From Octopus bimaculoides (Eukaryota): a DNA stretch of 39,705 nt. Below, piece after piece: positions 10,381-21,875 of the stretch; position 1 is the first letter of the stretch; each line of letters begins with the position of its first letter. The translations under genes were made by a program, and so were the position numbers. The stretch lies in contig NC_068995.1 in NCBI RefSeq assembly GCF_001194135.2, positions 24,898,000-24,937,704 of the forward strand. The letters run 5' to 3'. Below the pieces are notes generated by a model that worked only from the letters and a program-made list of their open reading frames with translations, did not search any database and was not told the DNA's origin.

Positions 10381-12619
10381 AGGGTGGATTGTACTTGTAT
10401 TTCAAAAAGTACAGTATTGTCATATATTGTGTCACGCAGATTCTGACTGACCAATACGTTAAGTGTGCACAAGTCTGTGGAATGATCAACTACTTACACA
10501 TTATTTCAGGAGCAGATAATCCAGTTGATCGAACAACTGAATTTTCATCATCGAGACATGCTACTATCACATACTTGTAACACATTTGATTTCAGTTTTC
10601 CTTATCTTTAAGGAAAACAGTTAATTCTCTGTAAAACAACAAATTCTTTCATACTATTTTTAAAATATCCTAAGATCTACATTATGGAGCTGAACTAGGT
10701 TCAATATATTCCTTATAATGCGTATCTATTCTAAATGACAGTTCAAATCTTTTTCAGCCCTCTGAAAAATTAAAGAAATTACTGGCTCACTTCATTTCCG
10801 AAGCTAAAAAATGTTTTGCTTAAATTAAAAATTTAGGAAAAAAATTAGAAAACTAACGCTTGTTTATAACGAAATTATCAATATTGCATTTTTCAAGGCG
10901 CTCAAGTGTTAATATGACTTGTCTAAAGCAATCATGCGCAAAGTGCGACATGTGGAACTTCTGAAATGCACCCCTGTCAAAAAGTTACCTTTAATTTTTT
11001 TTTAGTAATGTTGCCAACCTGGTGATGAGCCATATCTCACACGGCCAGCTTTCTCGAATGATATCTATGTCTGGTGTAAAGCTTCAATTATATATAGTTT
11101 TTTAAATTGCAGCACACCTAGATGTCCTTGTGACGCACCAGAAATCTTATTTATGTCAAACTCAAAAATTTTGTTTGTTTATCCAGCGTGAGGTATTCTC
11201 GATCTATTTATTTAAAGCTGTCTTTTCTTAATCCGGTGATTATTCGGATTAGATTGAATTAGACGTGAAAACATTTAACACAGAAAAAAATGTTATTAAC
11301 TTAATTTTCTTAGCTAAATTCTTGGTGACTTTTCTTGATGTTTAATTTCTCTGCTTATATAATATTTATTCATTCTTTGTGTTCTTGTGAAAAATGTAAA
11401 CTTCACAAGTTGCTATTTCCTTAAATGCTTTCATATATGAGAGGAATTGTTGCTATAAAGGCCACAATTTCCCATCCTATTACCTGCATCTAGTAATTGG
11501 CTCATTCTCCGATTGCTTTTGGATGCCTTATTCCAGTCTGGGACCATCTATACACCCAGGAATTATGATGCCTGATGACCGTCTGAAAGCGAACCGATCG
11601 AAATGCAGTGTAGATATAGTTATTGCAAACTATAAATTTCAAAGGTAATAGTTCAGAAAATTGTTCTTGACAACAATTTACTTTATAATCTTTATAATCT
11701 GGAGTCAATAAATTACTAACATGATTAAAATACTGTGATAATAGACGCTCACTTCAAAATCATTTATCTCATAGAAAAACCGCATCTGCAACAAGTACAT
11801 TATTGAAAATGATATGAACTTTCATAAAGACAAATATAACTTTTATGCATCATTTATTGTTCGTCAAATACAAAATCATCAGTTATTACAATACTTAAAA
11901 CATGTTTCGTAAAAGAAATAAAAATTCTCAGGTATACTTTGACGCTGCTACATCATCTTCACTAAAAAATGGGAATAGCAATTACGTTTCATTAAGTACA
12001 AGTTTTTTCTCTTTTTTACTTCTTTTTGAAAAAAATATGTATAGTTGTAGAAATCAAAATAATAGTTCGAGCTCCGGGAACTGGGGGAACAATATCTGCT
12101 TTCGAAACTTCATGATGGTATTTTGTTTCTGAGACCGATATACTTCAGTGGTTTCGATCCCTTTCTTCTCAGGATTAGTATAAAGTCAAAGCATACAGAT
12201 AGAAGAACCTCTGAACAACGGTTAGTATAATATTCTCATGGCGCACCTGTATGAGGAAATGGCCTGCAAGCGAGATGATAAACCTGGTCAAGCGCTCACC
12301 TTTTAAGTGTTCAACAATATACATATAACCAGGAAGTAATGGTAAATAATAATATGACCCAGGATTCTTTCCATGCTGATCAAAACTAGCTACAGACCTT
12401 ATTCAAGAGAAATCTTCGACTGTGTGTCATTTGCTAGCATTGTAGGTTAAAAGAACAATATGGAAATAAAGAAATGAGATGCGTAATTTAATCAAATATT
12501 CCGTCTATGAATGTTGTTCCTTTTGCCAACACTATTGGCAACACTGCCCTATACATTAGAAACAGCAAAATAATGAAAAATATAGTAACAACCAATATAA
12601 TTCCCTCTTACTACCAATC

Positions 12620-12629
12620 TCTCTCTCTC

Positions 12630-12665
<36 letters not shown>

Positions 12666-12716
12666 ACTCTCTCTTTCTCTCACTCTCTCTCTCTCTCACT
12701 CTCTCTCTCTCTCTCT
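12620..12716 (+). repeat. (CT)n microsatellite
   Basis: Directly visible. Confidence 0.95.
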
Positions 12717-12906
12717 TTTTCTCATCCAATCTCATTTGTTTCTTTCATTCTATGTGTAAATATGTTTAAACATATGTATTTATGTATGTTTGCATGTGTG
12801 TGTGTATATTTTAATCAAGAATTGTATGCATAAAGACCGCGCGCGCGCGAATAGAACTATGAGATCCGGAAATGTAATAATGTAACTTTCCTTGCCATGA
12901 ATAAAT

Positions 12907-13100
12907 TATGTGTGTGTGTGTGTATACACACACACGCGCGCACACACACAAACACACACACACATATATATCATATATGTACACACATATATATCATATA
13001 TGTGTGCATGTATATATTATATATGTGCATATATGTGTGTGTGTATACATGTATCTACGCATGCATATATATGTATGCATGTATGTATGAATGAATATAT
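12907..13100 (+). repeat. Compound (TG)/(CA)/(TA)/(TATG) simple repeat
   Basis: Directly visible. Confidence 0.9.
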
Positions 13101-13401
13101 GTATTTATACATTAGTAATTAAAGTTAACTACAATGCCTTAACTTTCAGTTTTATGTTGACAAAGCTAATAATGAGATTGATTAACAGCATGAAACAAAG
13201 TTATGGCACAGTAGATATCTTTATAATAGATCGAATATTGTTTAGTTTGTTTGTGAAATAACTTGAAAACTATATGTGTACACTGTATACATTCCTTTTT
13301 CTGTGTTGTTGATAGCCTTAACCATGCATTTTTTTTCCTATCGTTGTGTTTCTCAGTTCCATTAGCTAAGGCTCAACTGCTTTTGTATCTCGTTCCCACT
13401 A

Positions 13402-13622
13402 CAGTAATACTCCGACAATCGCGGGTGTTACGTTCCAAACTCCACCACCCGTGATAGATGAAAATCCGCGAAGTAGAAACAGAACTGTACTGTATATTTT
13501 TTTACTATTTTTATAATTTGTATATATTTTATTATAAATGCAAAACAACACCACGGAAGAATCGACGTATGCTTAAATAATAAACCGTGATAGGTGAACC
13601 GCGATATAGCGAGGGATTACTG
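13402..13622. mobile_element. pogo/Tigger-like MITE (Tc1-mariner superfamily)
   Basis: TA|CAGTAATACTCCGACAATCGCGG ... CCGCGATATAGCGAGGGATTACTG|TA: imperfect ~23-bp TIRs with TA TSDs at 13400-01 and 13623-24. Confidence 0.85.
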
Positions 13623-13796
13623 TATATCGTTGCCTAACAACGGTATTCAATGGTTATTGGCATAACTAGGGTAGTTACAGCTGGTTTGTCGATATTACTA
13701 TAATCCTTTGTGAGATAGATGATACGAGCTTAATTTTCAATTACGTTTTTCGTTTGTAAAGTTTACTATGTGTTTTTATTGTGTGCACTCATTTCT

Positions 13797-13797
13797 G

Positions 13798-13828
<31 letters not shown>

Positions 13829-13848
13829 TGTATGTATGTATGTATGTA
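13797..13848 (+). repeat. (TATG)n microsatellite
   Basis: Directly visible. Confidence 0.97.
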
Positions 13849-14499
13849 TCAGGTTGGAACAGTCTCGTGTGTAACAAGCCGAAACCGCAACGACGATCTG
13901 GAACTCCACTGACGATAGAAAGCTCCGAATGACCCGTCCTTGTTTTTTCCTGTCCTTTGTTGTATCGTCTAACTGTCATATATAGGTATATAAGAGCGTG
14001 TATGTATGTGTATACATACTTTAATAATTGATCATTCATCTACTTTTCAGTTCTTTTTTTCTTTTATCTAAGACATTAAAAATAATAAAGGGAGCCAGAC
14101 TAAGCTTTGAACAGAGGAAATGTACCCTAAAATGCTACTGGGAGTTTGAAGTGCAGCCGAGGGAGTTCTAAGCAGATCCACCTTCGCGACCTACCAACAC
14201 TCGCGTTACAATTAAGTTGAAACATAGAATTGTTCAGACAGTCCACAAGAAACGTTCTGGAAGACAGTAGATATCGACAGGTCTTAAACAGCATGAAAGG
14301 ATTCTAGAAACATATTTACAGACTTCAAGAATCTCAAAAATCTGTGCGGCATGCAGGTCATGAGATAGGAATTTCAAAATCAAGCGTTGATCACATTTTT
14401 TTAAAGTGCTGTCATTGGAACAAGAGCTCTCCGTGCCCTCGATGAGGATTATCCTGATCCAAGAGTAGAGTTTTGTGAGTGGTAATTGGCAAGATGTAC

Positions 14500-14611
14500 C
14501 CATCATTCTGGAAATGAAAATCCACATCGTCAATGTCCTCTTGAATGCTTGCCTTCACGGAGAGTTAGCAATAAGTTCAAGTAAACAGGACCAGTGACAG
14601 TATCGTAAAAA
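14500..14611 (-). repeat. 112-bp inverted duplicate of 15048-15159
   Basis: Manual alignment gives 110/112 identity to the reverse complement. Confidence 0.95.
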
Positions 14612-14784
14612 TGGTTCAGTTAATCCACTTTCTGACAATGATTACTTGGAGTAGTGAAGCTACATTTAAATTAAGTGCGTCAGTTAACCGTCTCAGTTGC
14701 ACCTGACAATCTGCATATTACAGAGGAACGTCGTGTTAATTTATTTGAAGTTACATGGTACGGCTTATCATCAAAGGATAAACT

Positions 14785-15030
14785 CAGTGGTTCTCAACCG
14801 AGTCCATATGATCCTTAGGTGTCCATGTAAGATTTTTGTTGTGAAATTTTAGGTGCAATAAGTTGGTTATACTTCTATAATACACAAAATATTTTAATCT
14901 TTTTCCTAATAATATTTAATTATAAAAATATAATAGGATTTTTTAAAAAACACTAAATGGCTATGAGGGTCCAATAGAGCAAAATAAGAATCAAAGAGAT
15001 ACACAAACAAAAAAAATAAGAGAACTTATG
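14785..15030. mobile_element. hAT (Charlie-like) MITE inserted in the transposase
   Basis: Left TIR CAGTGGTTCTCAACC, degenerate right TIR, 8-bp TSD gataaact/gattgact; homologous to 25088-25385. Confidence 0.8.
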
Positions 15031-16534
15031 GATTGACTGAAACATTGTTTTTACGATACTGTCACTGGTCCTGTTTACTTGAACTTATTGCTAACTCTCT
15101 GTGAAGACAAGCATTCAAGAGGACATTGACGATGTGGATTTTCATTTCCAGAATGATGGAGTACCCCACTCCACACTACTACAGTAATGTAAGGATCTAA
15201 CCAAATGAGATTTTGCCAAATATGGGGATTGGACGAAGCGGTTCAATAGAATACTCTTTCTCCGTCGGACCTCATACTATTAGACATTTTTTTTCTTTGA
15301 TGGGGATTCCAGTTGACAGCTACTAAACAAGAATTCTTGATATTTGCGATCCTATAGCTTCGCGTTATCAATAATGCTTGAACTAGAACAGGCGTTCATA
15401 AAAAATTTAAATTCTGCCAGTAGATTCTATTAGATTTTGAACATGAAACGTATTTTAATAAACACTGACTTTATAGCCATTCAATACGTGTATACGTATA
15501 TTTCTGGCGTGGGGTTGGACACATCCTGCAGGTATACGTGAGCGTGTCTATATATTATGTGTCTATGTGTCTGAAAGTGTGTGTGTATGCGTGCAGATAT
15601 AATTTCACGCAAAAAGATTCGGTTTGAACTTGCAAAATTGTCCATTTGAATGAAAATTGTGGGGAAATGAATTGTTAAAGTTCATTTTATTATACAACTA
15701 TATCAGGTCACTTTCTTAATACGTTCAGAGTTCTCTTCTCCAAACTTTTCAACTTACCCGCAGTTCACTTATTCTCAAATATAAATTGTCTGTCACAATA
15801 ATGAATCTAGTTTTGTCACCGATTTGCTTAGGGGAAAATATTGATAAAAGAAAAAACAAGCAACAAACAATATTTGAAAAAATCTCATTTATTGGTTTTC
15901 TCATTTTGTTGGAAGCTTATCATAAAAAAAAAGTATTTACCTCGGAGATATTTAATTTGCTTATAACAGCATTTCTTTGGCTTTCAATATGTTAGGTCTT
16001 TGAAATAGGTAGTATCCAATAACTAACTGTTCCGATGTTTCAACACATACTTTAAATAACCAGCACAATTCATATCCAACATTTGTCATAAATATTAATT
16101 GTAGAGGAATTCGTTTCAAGTTGCACATTTGTAGTAAGTCTCAGAAAGATACCAGTTTAACTCTTACTTCATGTAGTCGAATTGTAAGACAGTGTAAGGG
16201 ACGACCGTGCGAACTCAAAAAGGAGAAATGGTGACGAATGGAAAAAACAGGACTCCTTTTATTTAAACGTGTCACACGGTCGAACATACAAATATATATC
16301 AAATGATGATATACATGATATGTTATGCGACGATAACATAGATGACCAGTAATGAAAGACCACAACCGTATTAGATGAATAACAGAGATATTTATTGTAG
16401 CGTTAAAGATGTATGTCTGTGTGAGAGTGTGAATGCGACATATAATAACATAATCAAAGACAGGCCGTCATACAAAGAAAAGTATGTATGGTGAGTGATA
16501 CATGTGTGTGAGTGTTTACAGCAGATAGAAAGAG

Positions 16535-17376
16535 NNNNNNNNNNNNNNNNNNNNNNNNNNNNNNNNNNNNNNNNNNNNNNNNNNNNNNNNNNNNNNNNNN
16601 NNNNNNNNNNNNNNNNNNNNNNNNNNNNNNNNNNNNNNNNNNNNNNNNNNNNNNNNNNNNNNNNNNNNNNNNNNNNNNNNNNNNNNNNNNNNNNNNNNNN
16701 NNNNNNNNNNNNNNNNNNNNNNNNNNNNNNNNNNNNNNNNNNNNNNNNNNNNNNNNNNNNNNNNNNNNNNNNNNNNNNNNNNNNNNNNNNNNNNNNNNNN
16801 NNNNNNNNNNNNNNNNNNNNNNNNNNNNNNNNNNNNNNNNNNNNNNNNNNNNNNNNNNNNNNNNNNNNNNNNNNNNNNNNNNNNNNNNNNNNNNNNNNNN
16901 NNNNNNNNNNNNNNNNNNNNNNNNNNNNNNNNNNNNNNNNNNNNNNNNNNNNNNNNNNNNNNNNNNNNNNNNNNNNNNNNNNNNNNNNNNNNNNNNNNNN
17001 NNNNNNNNNNNNNNNNNNNNNNNNNNNNNNNNNNNNNNNNNNNNNNNNNNNNNNNNNNNNNNNNNNNNNNNNNNNNNNNNNNNNNNNNNNNNNNNNNNNN
17101 NNNNNNNNNNNNNNNNNNNNNNNNNNNNNNNNNNNNNNNNNNNNNNNNNNNNNNNNNNNNNNNNNNNNNNNNNNNNNNNNNNNNNNNNNNNNNNNNNNNN
17201 NNNNNNNNNNNNNNNNNNNNNNNNNNNNNNNNNNNNNNNNNNNNNNNNNNNNNNNNNNNNNNNNNNNNNNNNNNNNNNNNNNNNNNNNNNNNNNNNNNNN
17301 NNNNNNNNNNNNNNNNNNNNNNNNNNNNNNNNNNNNNNNNNNNNNNNNNNNNNNNNNNNNNNNNNNNNNNNNNNNN
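16535..17376. other. Assembly gap
   Basis: N run. Confidence 1.
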
Positions 17377-17709
17377 GAGAAGATTTATGTTTCTATTTCA
17401 CAAAAGAAAAAATATTAAGATAGAAAATACAATTGATTTTAAGCTTTTATCTCCATCACTACGAACACAACTGTCTCCGGACCCTCTCTCATCAACAAAC
17501 ATTTTTTCTTTCTTTTTTTTTTTGTTGGTGTTTTCACAACATTGATTGGAGGCAATGAATATTTTCAATTGGTTGCCATAACGCTGTTTATCATTGATGA
17601 CAAGACAAAGAATTTGCCGAACTCGTAGATAATTCCTAACCTTGTAATCAAGAACATAACTAAAAACCGAAATGACTTAGCAAGCTCATTATGTATTATA
17701 AGCATATAT

Positions 17710-17926
17710 AAGGCAGCGAGCTGCAAAATCGTTAGCACTCTGGACGAACTGCCTAGCGGTATTTCGCCCGTCTTTACGTTCTGAGTTCAAATTCCACTGA
17801 GGTCCACTTTGCCTTTCATCCTTTCGGAGTCGATGAAATAAGTATCAATTATGCACTGGGGTCGATGTAACGACTATCCCCTACCCCAAATTTTCAGGCC
17901 TTGTACCTACAGTAGAAAAGATTATT
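17710..17926 (+). mobile_element. SINE family A, full length (...GTAGAAAAGATTATT tail type)
   Basis: AAGGCAGCGAGCTGCAAAATCGTTAGCAC...GTTCTGAGTTCAAATTCC... Confidence 0.92.
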
Positions 17927-18447
17927 AAGTATATAATTATCTTTGAGAATAATATATTTTATACCTTTCATTGTTTAGGGCGAATTGTTGATGCAAAAGC
18001 TGTTTATTGATTTTTTTTTAAAATCCCATTTCAGTATCATCTTTTCATTAGAAGTTTATAGTAATAAATCTATAATTTTATGTATGAGAATATATTCCGT
18101 GAAGCTTCAATAGTAATTAGATATGTCAATGCCACCATGGTAGTTCCATATATTCCTTCATTATTGATTTTGTTACGCTCACATTAGTTTATAAAGTTTA
18201 TAGAAGAATGTAAATTTGTGAATTCTATCAGATTGTGTGACATTCACACCTTTCTCACTGGGTATTCCATACTGAATCAAATAAAAACGCTATAGCTAGG
18301 AATGGAAGCTAGATCCTTGATTTAGTTTAGCACGAGCTTGTCTATTTAATGTGGCCCTTGCTTTTCATGTTCGCTATTATCGCTTCACATTGACTGCCGT
18401 ACAAAGACGTTAGTGCACTTCGTTATTGATTTCTGTTTTAACTGAGT

Positions 18448-18580
18448 GAGAAGTGGGGCAATTGAGTGTATTTATCTTTCAATACTTCATTGGTACTGGT
18501 TTTATCGACTCCCAGGAATGACAAGCAAAAGTTATTTCGGATTCATTCAACTCGAAACGTAGGGAACACAATTAAACACC
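18448..18580 (-). mobile_element. SINE family A, highly degenerate
   Basis: attggtactggttttatcgactcccaggaatga resembles family A reverse complement. Confidence 0.5.
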
Positions 18581-18787
18581 ACGAGGCATTAAGAAGCAAA
18601 AGAGAACAGATGAAAATCAAACTTTAGTGTTTTAAATTCCGTATATTAACTGCTGATGTGGACTTACACTGGGACAATACGAACACCAAATCTTCACAGA
18701 AATACGATATTGTGAAGGAATGTTTGTTCATAAACAATTTTAGAAACGGTTTCTATTATATTTTCCTCAAAATATTATTATTTCAAG

Positions 18788-18918
18788 CAAGGCAGCAAGC
18801 TAGCAGGAAGTTAAAGCGGCGAAAAAATGCTTTGTGATAGTTCTACAGACTAATGACATTCTTAGTTCAAATGCCATCAAGGTCTATTTTACCTATCATT
18901 CTTTCGGAGTCGATAAAG
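18788..18918 (+). mobile_element. SINE family A 5' part running into the gap
   Basis: aaggcagcaagctagcag...ttagttcaaatgcc...ctttcggagtcgataaa. Confidence 0.75.
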
Positions 18919-19134
18919 NNNNNNNNNNNNNNNNNNNNNNNNNNNNNNNNNNNNNNNNNNNNNNNNNNNNNNNNNNNNNNNNNNNNNNNNNNNNNNNNNN
19001 NNNNNNNNNNNNNNNNNNNNNNNNNNNNNNNNNNNNNNNNNNNNNNNNNNNNNNNNNNNNNNNNNNNNNNNNNNNNNNNNNNNNNNNNNNNNNNNNNNNN
19101 NNNNNNNNNNNNNNNNNNNNNNNNNNNNNNNNNN
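18919..19134. other. Assembly gap
   Basis: N run. Confidence 1.
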
Positions 19135-19658
19135 AAAATGTTGCACTTGTATCAAAACTTGAAGCCACAATTGTTCCAAACTAAACTACCTTTGTGATAG
19201 TCATATTTTATCTTGAGCTCTGAAGAATGTTCAAGTCGTAAATATTTTAAAATCTAAGTGAAAAATCCTGAAGAAATGCAAACCGTACTTCAATAGCAGC
19301 AAGGAGTGCTTCACGATTTTAGTATAATACCTTATAAGTATTTCCTCCTATGTTCTATATACTCTGGGCACGCATTAAAGCCCTTTTCGGGGCTACTTTA
19401 TTTGAATTCTTACTATCGGGTAACTAATTGCATGTTATTACATAACTGACTTCACAATTTGGGTATTCATAACCTGTTGGCAATTCCTAAAAACAAGATC
19501 CTGTGGAAGACAGTTCAGTATTCTCTGTAAATGCACAAGCAGCGTTTTAAGGGCTACATACTTTATATTGTTGTTATTGGATTAGCGAAACAATTATGAG
19601 AACGGAACCAAGAGATAAGCCCCGATTTCCTGGGAATTACCGGGTACGTCAGGTAGTA

Positions 19659-20180
19659 ATACATATACAGCAAAAAAAAAAAAATAATAAGCCTTAGGGC
19701 TGCAAGACAAGACAAAAATAGGTAACGCGAAGGAGAAATGAAGACTGTCCTAAAGGACTATAAACATGGTAGGGGTACCACTATCACATGATCCATGACT
19801 TCCTAAAGCGGTGTCATTCTTTTTCGCGTTGCCTTCGACCGGACTGGTCACGATGTTCTGAGCTCCTCGCTTCTCTTAATTTCCTCTCTCTCTCTCTCTC
19901 TCCCTCTCTCTCTCTGGTTCTTACTCTCGCTCTCCCCCCTCTCTCTCTCTGTCTTTCTCTGTTACCCTTCTCTTACTATCATGTGATCTGTGACGGCCTA
20001 AGACGGTGTGATTCTTTTTTGCGTTGTCTTCGACCGGACTGGTCACGATTTTCTGAGCTCCTCACTCCACCCTTCCCATGTTAATGGTCCTTTTGGATAG
20101 TTTTCATTTCTCCTTCGCGTTATTCATTTTTGTCTTGTCTTGCAACCCTAAGCCTTTTTTTTTTTTTGCTGTGTATGTAT
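19659..20180. mobile_element. Foldback/MITE-like element with ~115-bp terminal inverted repeats and two internal ~90-bp direct repeats
   Basis: 19659-19774 vs reverse complement of 20070-20180 (about 80-85% identity); direct repeats 19780-19870 and 19975-20065 separated by a CT tract. Confidence 0.8.
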
Positions 20181-20574
20181 CATTATAATTGTTGTTTTCG
20201 CATGACGCTAAGCCTTTATTATGTTTATTGTTTTCTCCCTCGTCCATTCACCAACGGTCTCGTTTTGTTATGTTTTGGTCCCATTCCCGGCAAGTTTCTT
20301 GCCGGTGCCTCCAGAGTGGAAGTGATATTATCGATAATGGCCGAAATTGCGCTTGACCTTCTGGCCGATAAATGAAGAGGAGTTGGTGACTTTCTGTGTT
20401 TTCTGTTCGTCTGTGTATTTAGTATATGTTCGTATGTGTTACATACTCCCCTATTATCAGAAAATCGTGAATATATATATATATATATGTATATAAATCT
20501 ACGTGTGTGTTATTTATGTGTGTGTGTTTGTGTTTGTCCTCCCCGCATCACCACTTGAATACCGGTATTTGCTG

Positions 20575-20990
20575 TTATTTGGAGTTATGGTGTGGGTTTT
20601 GTTATCCGAAACAGCCTGCTTCGGACACTGACAAAGCAACCTCTCAGAATCAATGAACGACTTATGAGACTGAGGTTTATACTCTAAAGAAATCAACATG
20701 CCACCATCATCAATGCTTATTCTCCAACTTTGGACGCTGAAGATGACGTGAAGAGAAAATTCTATGCTCAGTTCGATGAAGTACTCATTTCCACTCCAAA
20801 AGAAGACAAGACTGTACTACTTGGCAACTTAAATGCCAGAGTCGGGAAAGATCAGAGACTCTGAACCAGAGCCATCGAAAAAGAAGGAATTGGCAGGGCC
20901 AGCGCCAACGGGACACTTTTTCTCATTAAGTGTTATTATTAATACCTTATTTCGCCAGAAAACATGTACAAAGCTTTATCCACGCTCATT
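20575..20990 (+). mobile_element. RTE-clade LINE apurinic-type endonuclease fragment
   Basis: YGVGFVIRNSLL...INERLMRLR...ATIINAYSPTLDAEDDVKRKFYAQFDEVL...KEDKTVLLGNLNARVG...NGTLFL...INTLF, the typical RTE EN signature; two in-frame stops. Confidence 0.92.
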
Positions 20991-21025
20991 AACATCTACG
21001 CTCAAAACACTGACAGCTGATTGAC

Positions 21026-21050
21026 TCTGTGTGTGTGTTTGTGTGTGTGT

Positions 21051-21086
<36 letters not shown>

Positions 21087-21122
21087 GCGCGCGCGAGAGA
21101 GAGAAAGAGAGAGAGAGAGAGA
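21026..21122 (+). repeat. (TG)n(CG)n(GA)n compound microsatellite
   Basis: Directly visible. Confidence 0.95.
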
Positions 21123-21660
21123 AATAAGTGAGGGAAAGAGAGAGACTTCTAAACGTTGAAATAGTAAGATCCCTCCAAACCTTATTCTGACCTTCACTGA
21201 ACTCATCATCTTTCTTTTCAACGGAAGAACTTGCGTAATTGCCACACGGAAATTTTTCCTGACCTTTTCTTTGTTTCCCATCCACATGGAAATACAGTCA
21301 TTCCTAACTGCCAACCAACTTGCTAGAATTAAGTTACAATATTTTTTATCCTCCTATTTTTTACCACTAACTATCCAATATTACTACTAAATTGATTCAT
21401 AATATACCATAACAGTCTGAACTTTTACTTTATGTTTTCATATTCTCTTTTAAAGCTTTATAAACTTTAATATGTTTTATATCGAGAACATTTTTATCTT
21501 AGTTTTACAAATTCACAGCTTTTCAGCTTCCATCGAAGCATGATACTCGGTTAATTCATACAGGTGTAACACTTCCCTATAAATTTCTAATTTTGTGCTG
21601 ATATAAGAAATCAACAGAAGACCAATATCTATAGAATATTGATTAATATTAGGGCGATAG

Positions 21661-21875
21661 AAGGCGACAGCTGGCAGAATCGTTAGCACGACGGTCAAAA
21701 TGCTTAGCGAGATTTTGTCTGCCTTCAAGTTCTGGCTTCAAATGCCGCTGGGCTCTACTTTGTCTTTCATCCTTTCGGAATCGATAAAATAAGTACCAGC
21801 TGATCACTGGGATAGATTCAATCAACTTAGCCCTTCCTCTGAAATTGCTGGCATTGTACCAAAATTTGAAACCAA
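21661..21875 (+). mobile_element. SINE family A with 16-bp TSD
   Basis: Flanks aatattagggcgatag (21645-60) and aatattaggtcgatcg (21874-89). Confidence 0.92.

Larger units (their letters stand above)
14091..15305 (+). mobile_element. Decayed Tc1/mariner (mariner-like) transposase, interrupted by an inverted duplication and a MITE
   Basis: ARLSFEQRKCTLKCYW..., KKRSGR, KSVRHAGHEIGISKSSV, DEDYPDPRVEFCEW, TWSSEATFKL (WSDEA), TVTGPVYLNLL, FQNDG (FQQDG), SDLILLDIFF-WG (SPDL.PLDFFLWG); many stops and frameshifts. Confidence 0.9.

Noticed and set aside
11568-11612. CTGATGA...GAAATGCAGTG hammerhead-like spacing
   Set aside because: No helix II complementarity, helix III is not properly palindromic, and the cleavage triplet would end in G.
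10700-11720. Possible decayed DNA transposase on the minus strand
   Set aside because: Only vague, mutually inconsistent motif resemblances.
16495-19197. Long ORFs of up to 307 aa in the ORF track
   Set aside because: They consist of X residues spanning N gaps.
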